29,280 nt of DNA from Armatimonadota bacterium (GTDB lineage Bacteria; Armatimonadota; UBA5829; DTJY01): contig DASRZD010000350.1 of NCBI GenBank assembly GCA_035686805.1, forward strand, positions 1 through 29,280. Reading direction: 5' to 3'. Position 1 is the first letter of the stretch. Each line of letters opens with the position of its first letter. Of this stretch, positions 1-7,281 are shown piece by piece. Position numbers and translations under genes: made by a program. The notes below the pieces were generated by a model, which worked only from the letters and a program-made list of their open reading frames with translations, did no database searches and was not told where the DNA came from.

Positions 1-255
1 CTCGGCGGCCATCTCCGCCAGTTCCCTGTGCCGGATGTTCTCAGAGCCGATGACGACAGCATCAATGTCCGCCTCCACGAGCGCCTGATAGCTGGGGAAG
101 TATTTCGTCTTGAACTGATGCGCGATCTTCTGGCCGCGCTCGGGATCGTGGTCGGCGATCCCGACCATCTCCGCCTGGGGCATTTGATTGATGCACGCCG
201 CGTAGCTGGACGAGTGCATATGTGCAAAACTCATCATTCCGATCTTGACTGCCAT
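1..255 (-). CDS. Gfo/Idh/MocA-family NAD(P)-dependent oxidoreductase, N-terminal fragment (gene continues past the window start)
   Basis: Absent from the ORF track because it is open at the window edge. My translation from ATG 253-255 (minus) is MAVKIGMMSFAHMHSSSYAACINQMPQAEMVGIADHDPERGQKIAHQFKTKYFPSYQALVEADIDAVVIGSENIRHRELAEMAAE. This is a Rossmann-type N-terminus typical of the family and paralogous to the next gene. GGAGG (262-266) lies 6 nt upstream of the ATG. Confidence 0.75.
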   Translation of the reverse strand, partial: MAVKIGMMSFAHMHSSSYAACINQMPQAEMVGIADHDPERGQKIAHQFKTKYFPSYQALVEADIDAVVIGSENIRHRELAEMAAE

Positions 256-268
256 CTTCAACCTCCGG

Positions 269-344
269 AATGGTCCAATGGTCTAATGGTCGTATGGTCT
301 GATGTGATTTGACCATCTGACCATCCCTCACCATCTGACCATCA
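269..344. repeat. Segmented palindrome: four tandem 8-nt units (nATGGTCn) facing four inverted units (GACCATnn) across a short spacer
   Basis: Read directly: aatggtcc aatggtct aatggtcg tatggtct gatgtgattt gaccatct gaccatcc ctcaccatct gaccatca. It fills the whole gap between the stop of the 342-1355 gene and the SD of the 1-255 gene. It would fold as a long hairpin of 5-7 bp helices separated by small internal loops. Confidence 0.7.
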
Positions 345-1355
345 GGCACTCAGTGTGATTGGTTTTCCTGTGCGTATGGATTCGAGCGCTGCCAGGGATA
401 TCTCAACTGCCCTGAGTCCATCCTCGGGCGTGATGCTTGGCTTATTCCCGGTCTCCACGCAATCAATGAAGTGCTCCAGCTCCAGGAAATACGGGTTCTG
501 GGCGGTCGGGCTCTCAGGGATCGCGACGCCAGCGGCCACTTTGTCTGATTCCTTGCGTGCAATCATCAATGGCACCGCGTTCTTGTTAACGAAATCGAGC
601 AGGCCTTTGTCGCCGGCGACCTCGAACTTGACCGCGAATCCCGCGGGCATCGCCCAAGTACCCTCGACGTGCGCGATTACCCCGCTCTTGAACCGGATGG
701 TCACCAGTGCGTAGTCGAGGTGCTTGAGCTCTCGATCAACCAGCCCCTTCGCGAAGACGCGCTCAGCATCCCCGAAGCACCAGCGCAGCCAATCGAAGTC
801 GTGGATAATCAGGTCGAGGGCCACCCCGCCGCTCCAGTCGAAGTTCGCATACCAATCATTCCAGCCATGCGGGAATCCGCCGCCCCTGGTGGTTCGAACG
901 ACCGCCGGACTCCCAACCGCCCCTGCGTCTACCTGTGCCTTCGCCGCCGCGAACTCGGGGAAGTATCGGAGGACATGCGCAACCATGAACGTCACGCCGG
1001 CGCTCTTGGTCGCATCTATCATCGCCTTGCAGTCATCGAGCGTGCGGGCCATCGGCTTCTCGGTCACGACGTGCTTGCCCGCCTCGGCGGCCTTGACGAC
1101 GTACTCCTTGTGCCAGGGGGTGGGGACGCACACATCCACGACCGTCGGCTTGGCAGTCTTCAGCATTTCCTCGAAATCCCCGAGGGATCGGGGCTGGCAG
1201 GTAAACGCCTGAGCATCATGCGCCGTCGCAAGCTCATTGGCGGCGTCCTCGCGAATATCCATGATGGCGACCGGCTCGGCGTTCAGCATATTCGCATAAG
1301 CCGCCGCATGGACCTTCGCCATATGCCCCGCCCCGACTATTGCAACCTTTTGCAT
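342..1355 (-). CDS. Gfo/Idh/MocA-family oxidoreductase
   Basis: 337-aa ORF. The N-terminal dinucleotide-binding motif is MQKVAIVGAGHMAKVHAAAY, and EKPMA sits at the usual position of the family signature. GGAGG (1363-1367) is upstream of ATG 1353-1355. Confidence 0.9.
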   Translation of the reverse strand: MQKVAIVGAGHMAKVHAAAYANMLNAEPVAIMDIREDAANELATAHDAQAFTCQPRSLGDFEEMLKTAKPTVVDVCVPTPWHKEYVVKAAEAGKHVVTEKPMARTLDDCKAMIDATKSAGVTFMVAHVLRYFPEFAAAKAQVDAGAVGSPAVVRTTRGGGFPHGWNDWYANFDWSGGVALDLIIHDFDWLRWCFGDAERVFAKGLVDRELKHLDYALVTIRFKSGVIAHVEGTWAMPAGFAVKFEVAGDKGLLDFVNKNAVPLMIARKESDKVAAGVAIPESPTAQNPYFLELEHFIDCVETGNKPSITPEDGLRAVEISLAALESIRTGKPITLSA

Positions 1356-1374
1356 GGTCTGTCCTCCTTCGGAT

Positions 1375-1450
1375 GCGGAGTAATGGAGTAACGGAGTGAT
1401 GGAGTACTGGGCATTTCCAACACTCCACTACTCCAACACTCCAATACTCC
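1375..1450. repeat. Segmented palindrome: four tandem 8-nt units (nnGGAGTn) facing four inverted units (annACTCC)
   Basis: Read directly: gcggagta atggagta acggagtg atggagta ctgggcatttcc aacactcc actactcc aacactcc aatactcc. It starts 1 nt after the pyrE stop codon (1452-1454, minus) and ends just before the SD of the 342-1355 gene. Confidence 0.7.
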
Positions 1451-1451
1451 A

Positions 1452-2012
1452 CTATGTTTCAATGAGCGGAATCCCCGCCTTGCAGAGCGGACATTCCGAG
1501 GGTTCATACTTGTCAACCTTGAGGGAAAGCAGCGCCTCGGTCTTGACGCCGAAATTCGTCTCGCCGCCGGTCCGATCAACGAGGAGTCCCACGCCCACGA
1601 GGGTACCGCCGTGCTGTTTCAGGATCTCGATGGTGTCCCAGACCGAACCGCCGGTCGTGAGCACATCATCCACGACGAGCACATTTTCTCCAGGACTGAT
1701 CTTGAATCCCCGCTTGAGCACTCGGCCTCCATCGCCCTTCTCGGCGAATATGCCTCTCGTACCAAGTTGTTTTCCCACCTCATAAGCCAGCAGCACACCC
1801 CCGGTCGTCGGGCCGAGGACGAGCTGAATGCCGTCATCTTTGAACCGCCCAGCCATCTCGGCGCACAACTTCTCCACATACCATGGGTATTGCAGCACCT
1901 GGAACTTCTCGAAGTATGTATCGCTGTGCAGGCCCGAAGCAAGCTTGAAATGGCCCGAAAGCAGTGCCCCCGAGTCCTTGAAGATCTGAAGAACCTCGTC
2001 TTGGGTGAGCAT
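1452..2012 (-). CDS. pyrE: Orotate phosphoribosyltransferase
   Basis: 186-aa ORF with the PRPP-binding loop VLVVDDVLTTGGS. Length and the N-terminal GHFKLASGLHS motif are typical of PyrE. GGAGGG lies immediately upstream of ATG 2010-2012. Confidence 0.88.
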   Translation of the reverse strand: MLTQDEVLQIFKDSGALLSGHFKLASGLHSDTYFEKFQVLQYPWYVEKLCAEMAGRFKDDGIQLVLGPTTGGVLLAYEVGKQLGTRGIFAEKGDGGRVLKRGFKISPGENVLVVDDVLTTGGSVWDTIEILKQHGGTLVGVGLLVDRTGGETNFGVKTEALLSLKVDKYEPSECPLCKAGIPLIET

Positions 2013-2049
2013 TTTCCCTCCATCTGCGTCTATCGGCGTTCATCGGCGG

Positions 2050-3399
2050 CTAAACAAGAAGCTGATTCGGCGCTTCCAGCATCTCCTTGACGTTTGCCAG
2101 GAACTGAGCCGCCGGTGCGCCGTCCATCACCCGATGATCGAACGACAAGCACAGGTTCATCATCGAACGAATGAGGATCTGCCCGCCCACGACCACCGGC
2201 TTGTCGGCGATCCTGCACACCCCCAGGATTGCGCTCTGGCCGGGAGTTATGACCGGGTTGAAGATGTCAATTCCGTATGCTCCCAGATTGGTAATGCTAA
2301 ACGTCCCGCCGGAAATCTCCCGGCCCGAAAGTTTTCCAGCCCGCGCCTTCTCCGCCAATTGCTTGGTCTCCAGGGATATCTCGGGCAGGCTCTTCCTGTC
2401 CGCATTATGGATCACCGGCACGATCAAACCATCGTCCAATGCCACTGCCAGGCCGACGTTCACTTCGCCGTGGATTCGGATCTGATTGCCCTCGAGGCTC
2501 GCATTGACGATCGGATGATCGAGGATCGCCCGAGCGACGGCCTTGGTGATAAGGTCCGTGAAACTCAGCCGCACCCCGTATTTGCGCTCGAACTCCGGGA
2601 GAACCTGGGTTCGCAGCTTGACCGCCTCGGTCATGTCAACTTCGGCAGTGAGAGTCACGTGAGGGGCAGTCTGAGCGCTCTTTGCCACGGCATCTGCCAC
2701 CATCTTCCGCATGCCCGTGAACGGGATGATCTTCTCGGTGAGGGTCGCCAGTCGAGGAGCCGTCACCGCCTGAAGCACATCCTCGCGAGTCACCTTCCCA
2801 TGAGGCCCCGACCCAACGATCTCCCGCAGATCAATCCTCTTGTCTGTGGCGATTTTCGCGGCAAGGGGAGTTGCCTTGACCTTGGACAACTCGCGAGTCA
2901 TGGCTGCATAGGCGAGGACGTCTTTCTCAGTGACCCGCCCGCTGGGGCCTGTGCCTTTGCCTGCAAGAGCCTCAACGGGAATGCCGTGTTCCTTTGCCAG
3001 CCTCTTAGCTCTCGGTGAGATGAAGACTCGTGAGGTCGGGACTGCCGTCGGCTTGGGCTCCAATACTTCCAATACTATAGATGGGGTGGGGGATACGGCT
3101 TCCGGTGTCTCAGCCCTTGATGGCGCTTCCGATTCCGACAGGAGATCGTCTATCGGCTCATCGGCGGTTCCAATGATGGCAAGTAGCTCCATCACCGGGA
3201 TGGTCTCCTCTTCCTGAGCGACTATCTTCCTGAGGATTCCCGAAGCAGGCGATTCCACCTCCATATTGACCTTGTCGGTCATGACCTCGACGAGCGGCTC
3301 GCCCTTCTCGACGGCGTCGCCCTCCTTCTTAAGCCATTTGGTGATGGTTCCCTCTTCCATCGTCTGCCCCAGCATGGGCAGGATGAACTTCATTGCCAT
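2050..3399 (-). CDS. Dihydrolipoamide acyltransferase (E2 component of a 2-oxoacid dehydrogenase complex)
   Basis: 449-aa ORF. It has an N-terminal lipoyl domain with the lipoyl-lysine motif EVMTDKVNMEVE. Two peripheral-subunit-binding-like segments follow (ISPRAKRLAKEHGIPVEALAGKGTGPSGRVTEKDV and ATPLAAKIATDKRIDLREIVGSGPHGKVTREDV). The C-terminal catalytic domain carries DHRVMDGA. Substrate specificity is not deducible. Confidence 0.9.
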   Translation of the reverse strand: MAMKFILPMLGQTMEEGTITKWLKKEGDAVEKGEPLVEVMTDKVNMEVESPASGILRKIVAQEEETIPVMELLAIIGTADEPIDDLLSESEAPSRAETPEAVSPTPSIVLEVLEPKPTAVPTSRVFISPRAKRLAKEHGIPVEALAGKGTGPSGRVTEKDVLAYAAMTRELSKVKATPLAAKIATDKRIDLREIVGSGPHGKVTREDVLQAVTAPRLATLTEKIIPFTGMRKMVADAVAKSAQTAPHVTLTAEVDMTEAVKLRTQVLPEFERKYGVRLSFTDLITKAVARAILDHPIVNASLEGNQIRIHGEVNVGLAVALDDGLIVPVIHNADRKSLPEISLETKQLAEKARAGKLSGREISGGTFSITNLGAYGIDIFNPVITPGQSAILGVCRIADKPVVVGGQILIRSMMNLCLSFDHRVMDGAPAAQFLANVKEMLEAPNQLLV

Positions 3400-3652
3400 G
3401 ATCCTCTACTCCCACAACTGCCTTGCCTCGCCGTCTCCCGCTTTCAGACGGGATCCCGCCAACGGCGGGAGAATGGCGAGTCTACAATCGTATTCAAGCA
3501 GGCTGAAGCAGGCTCGAAACACTACCGTCAGCTCGCCTTGGCTTGCTTCCTCCCGCTTGTAGCCTGGGGATTCGATTCCCAGGCTGTTTGTTGCTACCGA
3601 TTTCGATTAGCATACACGAAAACGCTCAGAGGGCGCAAGTGAGCATGAGGTA

Positions 3653-5611
3653 TCAGAGGTGCACGCCTGGGAATTTTCCGGAGAGAGCTTGAACAAGCTT
3701 GGGGTTGGGTGTGCCGCCGTACTCTCTGCAAAGCTGGACCTCCCGGAGCGACTGCTCATAGTTCTCATTCATATATAATGCGACCGCATAGTTGCCGTGG
3801 ATAGCAGCGTTGTCAGGCTTCAGGCGAATCGCTATCTTGAACTCGCTGATTGCTTCCTCCGTGCGGCCAAGGTTGTCGTAGAGCACTGCCAGGTTATTAT
3901 GGGCCGCCACCAGATTAGCATCAATGCGGATCGCTTCCTTGTATTCCTTTATCGCCTCTTCCCTTTGTCCGCGTGATTGAAGGATTACCCCGTTGTTCAC
4001 GTGGGCAGGGGCAGAGTTCGGCTTTGCCCGCTTCTGAAGTCTCTGTGCAAGCGCCGCCTCTACCCGACTCTGCCGGATGGCGGTCAGCCGGTCTTGAGCC
4101 TGACTAAGTTTCGGATCAACCGCCAACGCCTCCTGGTACTGCTCGACCGCCTCCTCAATCCGCCCAAGCTTCGCGAGGGAATCTCCGTAGTCACAGCGGA
4201 CGTGCGCCTCATCCTGGCGCATCGCCAGCGCCTTCTCATATTCGGCGACAGCCGGCGCATAGTCGCCCTTGTCGGCATAAGCCCGCCCCAAGTTCGAATG
4301 GGCAGGGTAGTTGTTCTCCGGCGACACCGCAAGGGCATGCTCGAAAAGGACAATGCTGTTCCGCCAATACCCCACCTGAAGCCAAGTCTGCACTGCAAGT
4401 GCGACAATGGCAAGGCTGGCGACCGCACCGAGTATCTTCCTTTTCCCCTTTCTCCCTTTTTCTCCGATACCCCATGCCAGCATTATAAATACGCCAATCA
4501 ACGGCACATAGGTATATCTATCCGCCATCGCCTGCGACCCGACCTGCACCAGGCCGATGACCGGAATGAGCGTAATGACGTACCACAGCCAGCCTACCAG
4601 CAGATACGGACGACTCCGTCGTTCCCTGATGGCGATCAGGCTGATACCTACCAGCACTAGAGCCGACAAGACGATCAGCCAGGCCGATATGGTGTCTCGG
4701 GGATGCGGGTAGAAGACCGCCAGGTCTTTCGGCCAGACCATCTTAACTATGTAGCTGAGATAGCTTACCAGGGCGTTCGAGACTCTCATCCCGACCGAGC
4801 ACGCTGCCAGGCTGCTGGCGGCATGTCCTCTATGCTGGGCGATCATGGTGATGACGCTGGATGCTGCGGCAAGAATGAGCATCGGCGACTTCTCGATCAC
4901 CAAGCGCGTCAGGCCGGCGCTTTTCAGCCGCCGTGAAGGCCAGTAATCCAGCATCAAGAGCACTAGCGGAAGGCTTACGAGCATCGGTTTTGCCATTAGT
5001 CCGAGGGCGTAAAGCAGCACAACCGCCGAGTATCTCTTCCAGCCGGGCCTCTCAGCATAGAGGACGTATGCGCCCATCGTCAGCATCCAGAAGACCGTGC
5101 TCAGGACATCCTTGTGCTCGGCAATCCAGGCGACTGACTCCACGTGGAGAGGATGTATCGCGAACAAGGCAGCGACAAAGAAGCTTTGCCAAACCGATCT
5201 CGTTGTCCGCATCAAGATTAGGAACAGCAGGATTATGCTCGCCAGGTGAAGCAGCAGGTTCGTCGCGTGATGGCCGAGCGCATTCGTGCCCCAAATCCGG
5301 TAGTCTACCATATGGGATATCCACGTCAGCGGATGCCAGTTCGAGTTGTAGCCGACATTGAATGCCCACAGAAGGTTCTTGACGCTCAATTGCTGCACGT
5401 GCGGATTCTGGGTGACGTATATGGGGTCATCATAGTTCACGAAGCCGCACTTGGCGAGCCGCGAATAGGGGATAAGCGTAACGATAACCAGCAGCACGCA
5501 GACGAGCAGGATGCGGGCTCTCGGTGTCTCCTTCAGTGTCCCGGGTCCGGCATCTTCTCGGCGAGCGCCTGCAGGAAGCCTGGATGAGGAGTTCCGCCCT
5601 GACTTCGGCAC
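3653..5611 (-). CDS. TMTC-like GT-C glycosyltransferase (PMT_2/DUF1736-type membrane domain) with C-terminal TPR array, paralog 1
   Basis: 652 aa. After TM1 comes the acidic loop FVNYDD, then NWHPLTWISHM, FAIHPLHVESVAWIAEHKDVLST, LGLMAKPMLVSLP, LDYWP and VQVGSQAMADRYTYVPLIG. TPR repeats follow, with the tail CREYGGTPNPKLVQALSGKFPGVHL. The start is GTG 5609-5611, preceded by AAGGAGG (5619-5625) at 7-nt spacing. It overlaps paralog 2 by 79 nt. Confidence 0.85.
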   Translation of the reverse strand: MPKSGRNSSSRLPAGARREDAGPGTLKETPRARILLVCVLLVIVTLIPYSRLAKCGFVNYDDPIYVTQNPHVQQLSVKNLLWAFNVGYNSNWHPLTWISHMVDYRIWGTNALGHHATNLLLHLASIILLFLILMRTTRSVWQSFFVAALFAIHPLHVESVAWIAEHKDVLSTVFWMLTMGAYVLYAERPGWKRYSAVVLLYALGLMAKPMLVSLPLVLLMLDYWPSRRLKSAGLTRLVIEKSPMLILAAASSVITMIAQHRGHAASSLAACSVGMRVSNALVSYLSYIVKMVWPKDLAVFYPHPRDTISAWLIVLSALVLVGISLIAIRERRSRPYLLVGWLWYVITLIPVIGLVQVGSQAMADRYTYVPLIGVFIMLAWGIGEKGRKGKRKILGAVASLAIVALAVQTWLQVGYWRNSIVLFEHALAVSPENNYPAHSNLGRAYADKGDYAPAVAEYEKALAMRQDEAHVRCDYGDSLAKLGRIEEAVEQYQEALAVDPKLSQAQDRLTAIRQSRVEAALAQRLQKRAKPNSAPAHVNNGVILQSRGQREEAIKEYKEAIRIDANLVAAHNNLAVLYDNLGRTEEAISEFKIAIRLKPDNAAIHGNYAVALYMNENYEQSLREVQLCREYGGTPNPKLVQALSGKFPGVHL

Positions 5612-7281
5612 AGGTACACCTCCTTCCAGGCATCGGCGTAGTCTCCCTTGAAGTAATACACCAGGGCCAGGTTGTTATGCGCTGCGGGGAAATCCGGTCT
5701 TATGCGGATCGCTTCCTGATATTCCCTCACCGCGCCATCGAGGTCGCCGCTCTGGTGCAGAACCAATCCGGTATTGTAGTGCGTCTCGGCGGACTGAGGG
5801 TTCATCTTGGAAGCCTGCCGGCTGATCTCCGCAGCCTCATCCAGTCTGCCAGCCTTCTGAAGCTGGCTGGCGAGATTCGACCGGGCAGGCGTATAGTTGG
5901 GATTAATGTTAACTGCTTGCCTGTATTCCTCTAGTGCGTCTTCAGCCTTTCCAAGTTCCGCATATGCGCTTCCGAGGCTATTGTGCGCAATGTAGTTGTC
6001 CCGGGTTACCGCGATAGCATGCTTGAAAAGAGTCACGCTATCCCGCCAATATCCCACTTGAACCCAGGTCACAAGAGCTAGGGCGAGCACTACCGCTAGT
6101 CCTCCGCCGGCAATCGTCCTTTCTCCCTTTCTCCCTTCTCCAATGAACCATACAGCCGCTATGAACAGGCCTATCAGCGGAATATAGGTGTATCTGTCAG
6201 CCATCGCCTGACTCCCAACCTGTACCAGGCCAATGACAGGAACGAGGGTCCCAATAAACCAGAGCCATCCGAACAACAGGTAAGGTCTCCTCCGGCTTTC
6301 TCGTATCGCCGCATAGGTCAGCGCCGAGAGGAGGATAAGGGCGCCTGCCACTGCCAAAGATGAAAGGCTGTCCCCAGGGTGGGGATATGCCGCCGCCAAG
6401 TTCCTAGGCCAGATCATCTTGAGAAAGTAGCTCGCATAGGAGACAACGCCGTTTGACACACGCACTCCCAATTGCACGGCCTCGAATCCGCTGACCGCTC
6501 CACCTGTCTTTTGAGCAAGATAGGTTAGCACACTCGAACCGCCAGCCATGACGATGAGGGGCAGCTTCTCCCAGATCAATCTCCACCCCAGCCTGATTCG
6601 GTCGAGCGGCCAATAATCCAGCAACAGCAGCACGAACGGCAGCGTAACGAGCATCGGCTTGGCCATCAACCCAAGGGCGAACAGCCCCATCACCGGCAAG
6701 TACCTCACAGCGCCGGGCTTCGCGGCGTACCTCAGATAGGCGAGTATCGTCAGCATGAAGAAAAGCGTGCTGAGGACGTCTTTGCGCTCGGCCACCCACG
6801 CCACCGATTCTACGTGGAGCGGGTGTACGGCGAACAATGCTGCAACGAAGGCGCTCTTCCACATTGAGCCTGTCATTCGAGCGAATATCAGAAGCAGCAG
6901 CAGAGTATTCGCGATGTGAAGCAGCAGGTTGACCAGATGATGCCCCAGCGGATTAGACCCGAACAGGCGATAGTCCATCATGTGAGACATCCACGTCAAA
7001 GGATGCCAGTTCGAGGTATATCCGATGTTGAACGCCCAGCCCACATTCTTCCAGGTCAGGTGCTGGACGTGTCGATTTGCCGTCACATAGTCGTCGTCAT
7101 CAAAGTTGGTGAATCTGCACCTGAAAATTTGTGAGTATGCCGTCAGAGTCAATACAGCCAGGACCAGGCAGATCAGCAGGAGATGGCGTTTGTTGATCGC
7201 CTCTAGCTTCCTGGGTCCGGCATCTTTTCGGACAGAGCGTTCAGGAAGTCCGGTATGGGACTGCCGCCGTACTTTTGGCAC
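5533..7281 (-). CDS. TMTC-like GT-C glycosyltransferase with TPR array, paralog 2
   Basis: 582 aa with the same motif set: FTNFDDDD, NWHPLTWMSHM, HPLHVESVAWVAERKDVLST, LLDYWP, ADRYTYIPLIG. The tail is CRSQGGTPHPGFLQALAEKMPDPGH. The start is GTG 7279-7281 with AAGGAGG (7289-7295) 7 nt upstream. It overlaps paralog 3 by 79 nt. Confidence 0.85.
   Translation of the reverse strand: MPKVRRQSHTGLPERSVRKDAGPRKLEAINKRHLLLICLVLAVLTLTAYSQIFRCRFTNFDDDDYVTANRHVQHLTWKNVGWAFNIGYTSNWHPLTWMSHMMDYRLFGSNPLGHHLVNLLLHIANTLLLLLIFARMTGSMWKSAFVAALFAVHPLHVESVAWVAERKDVLSTLFFMLTILAYLRYAAKPGAVRYLPVMGLFALGLMAKPMLVTLPFVLLLLDYWPLDRIRLGWRLIWEKLPLIVMAGGSSVLTYLAQKTGGAVSGFEAVQLGVRVSNGVVSYASYFLKMIWPRNLAAAYPHPGDSLSSLAVAGALILLSALTYAAIRESRRRPYLLFGWLWFIGTLVPVIGLVQVGSQAMADRYTYIPLIGLFIAAVWFIGEGRKGERTIAGGGLAVVLALALVTWVQVGYWRDSVTLFKHAIAVTRDNYIAHNSLGSAYAELGKAEDALEEYRQAVNINPNYTPARSNLASQLQKAGRLDEAAEISRQASKMNPQSAETHYNTGLVLHQSGDLDGAVREYQEAIRIRPDFPAAHNNLALVYYFKGDYADAWKEVYLCRSQGGTPHPGFLQALAEKMPDPGH

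Noticed and set aside
269-344. I asked whether the tandem short repeats at 269-344, 1375-1450 and 26600-26665 could be CRISPR arrays or coding mini-repeats.
   Set aside because: The units are only 7-8 nt and directly abut each other without spacers. The two halves are inverted relative to each other. No cas genes are present, and the ORFs crossing them in the track are short and lack SDs.
3434-3472. Mutually exclusive pairings in the 5' region of the E2 gene: tctcccgc/gcgggaga (3434-3441 with 3465-3472) versus two small hairpins (cccg/cggg and cccgcc/ggcggg). This is attenuator- or riboswitch-like.
   Set aside because: These are short GC-rich stems in GC-rich DNA. I found no leader peptide, no U-tract and no known riboswitch consensus. 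The evidence is insufficient without folding statistics or conservation.
3562-3593. Hairpin gcctggg-gattcgatt-cccaggc followed by tgtttgttg. The loop resembles a tRNA T-loop (TTCGATT), so I considered a tRNA or tRNA fragment, or a terminator.
   Set aside because: The loop is 9 nt rather than 7. I could not find acceptor, D or anticodon arms on either strand. The T-rich tail is on the plus strand, where no gene ends, and on the minus strand (downstream of paralog 1) there is no U-tract. It may still act as a terminator of the cluster, but I cannot support that call.
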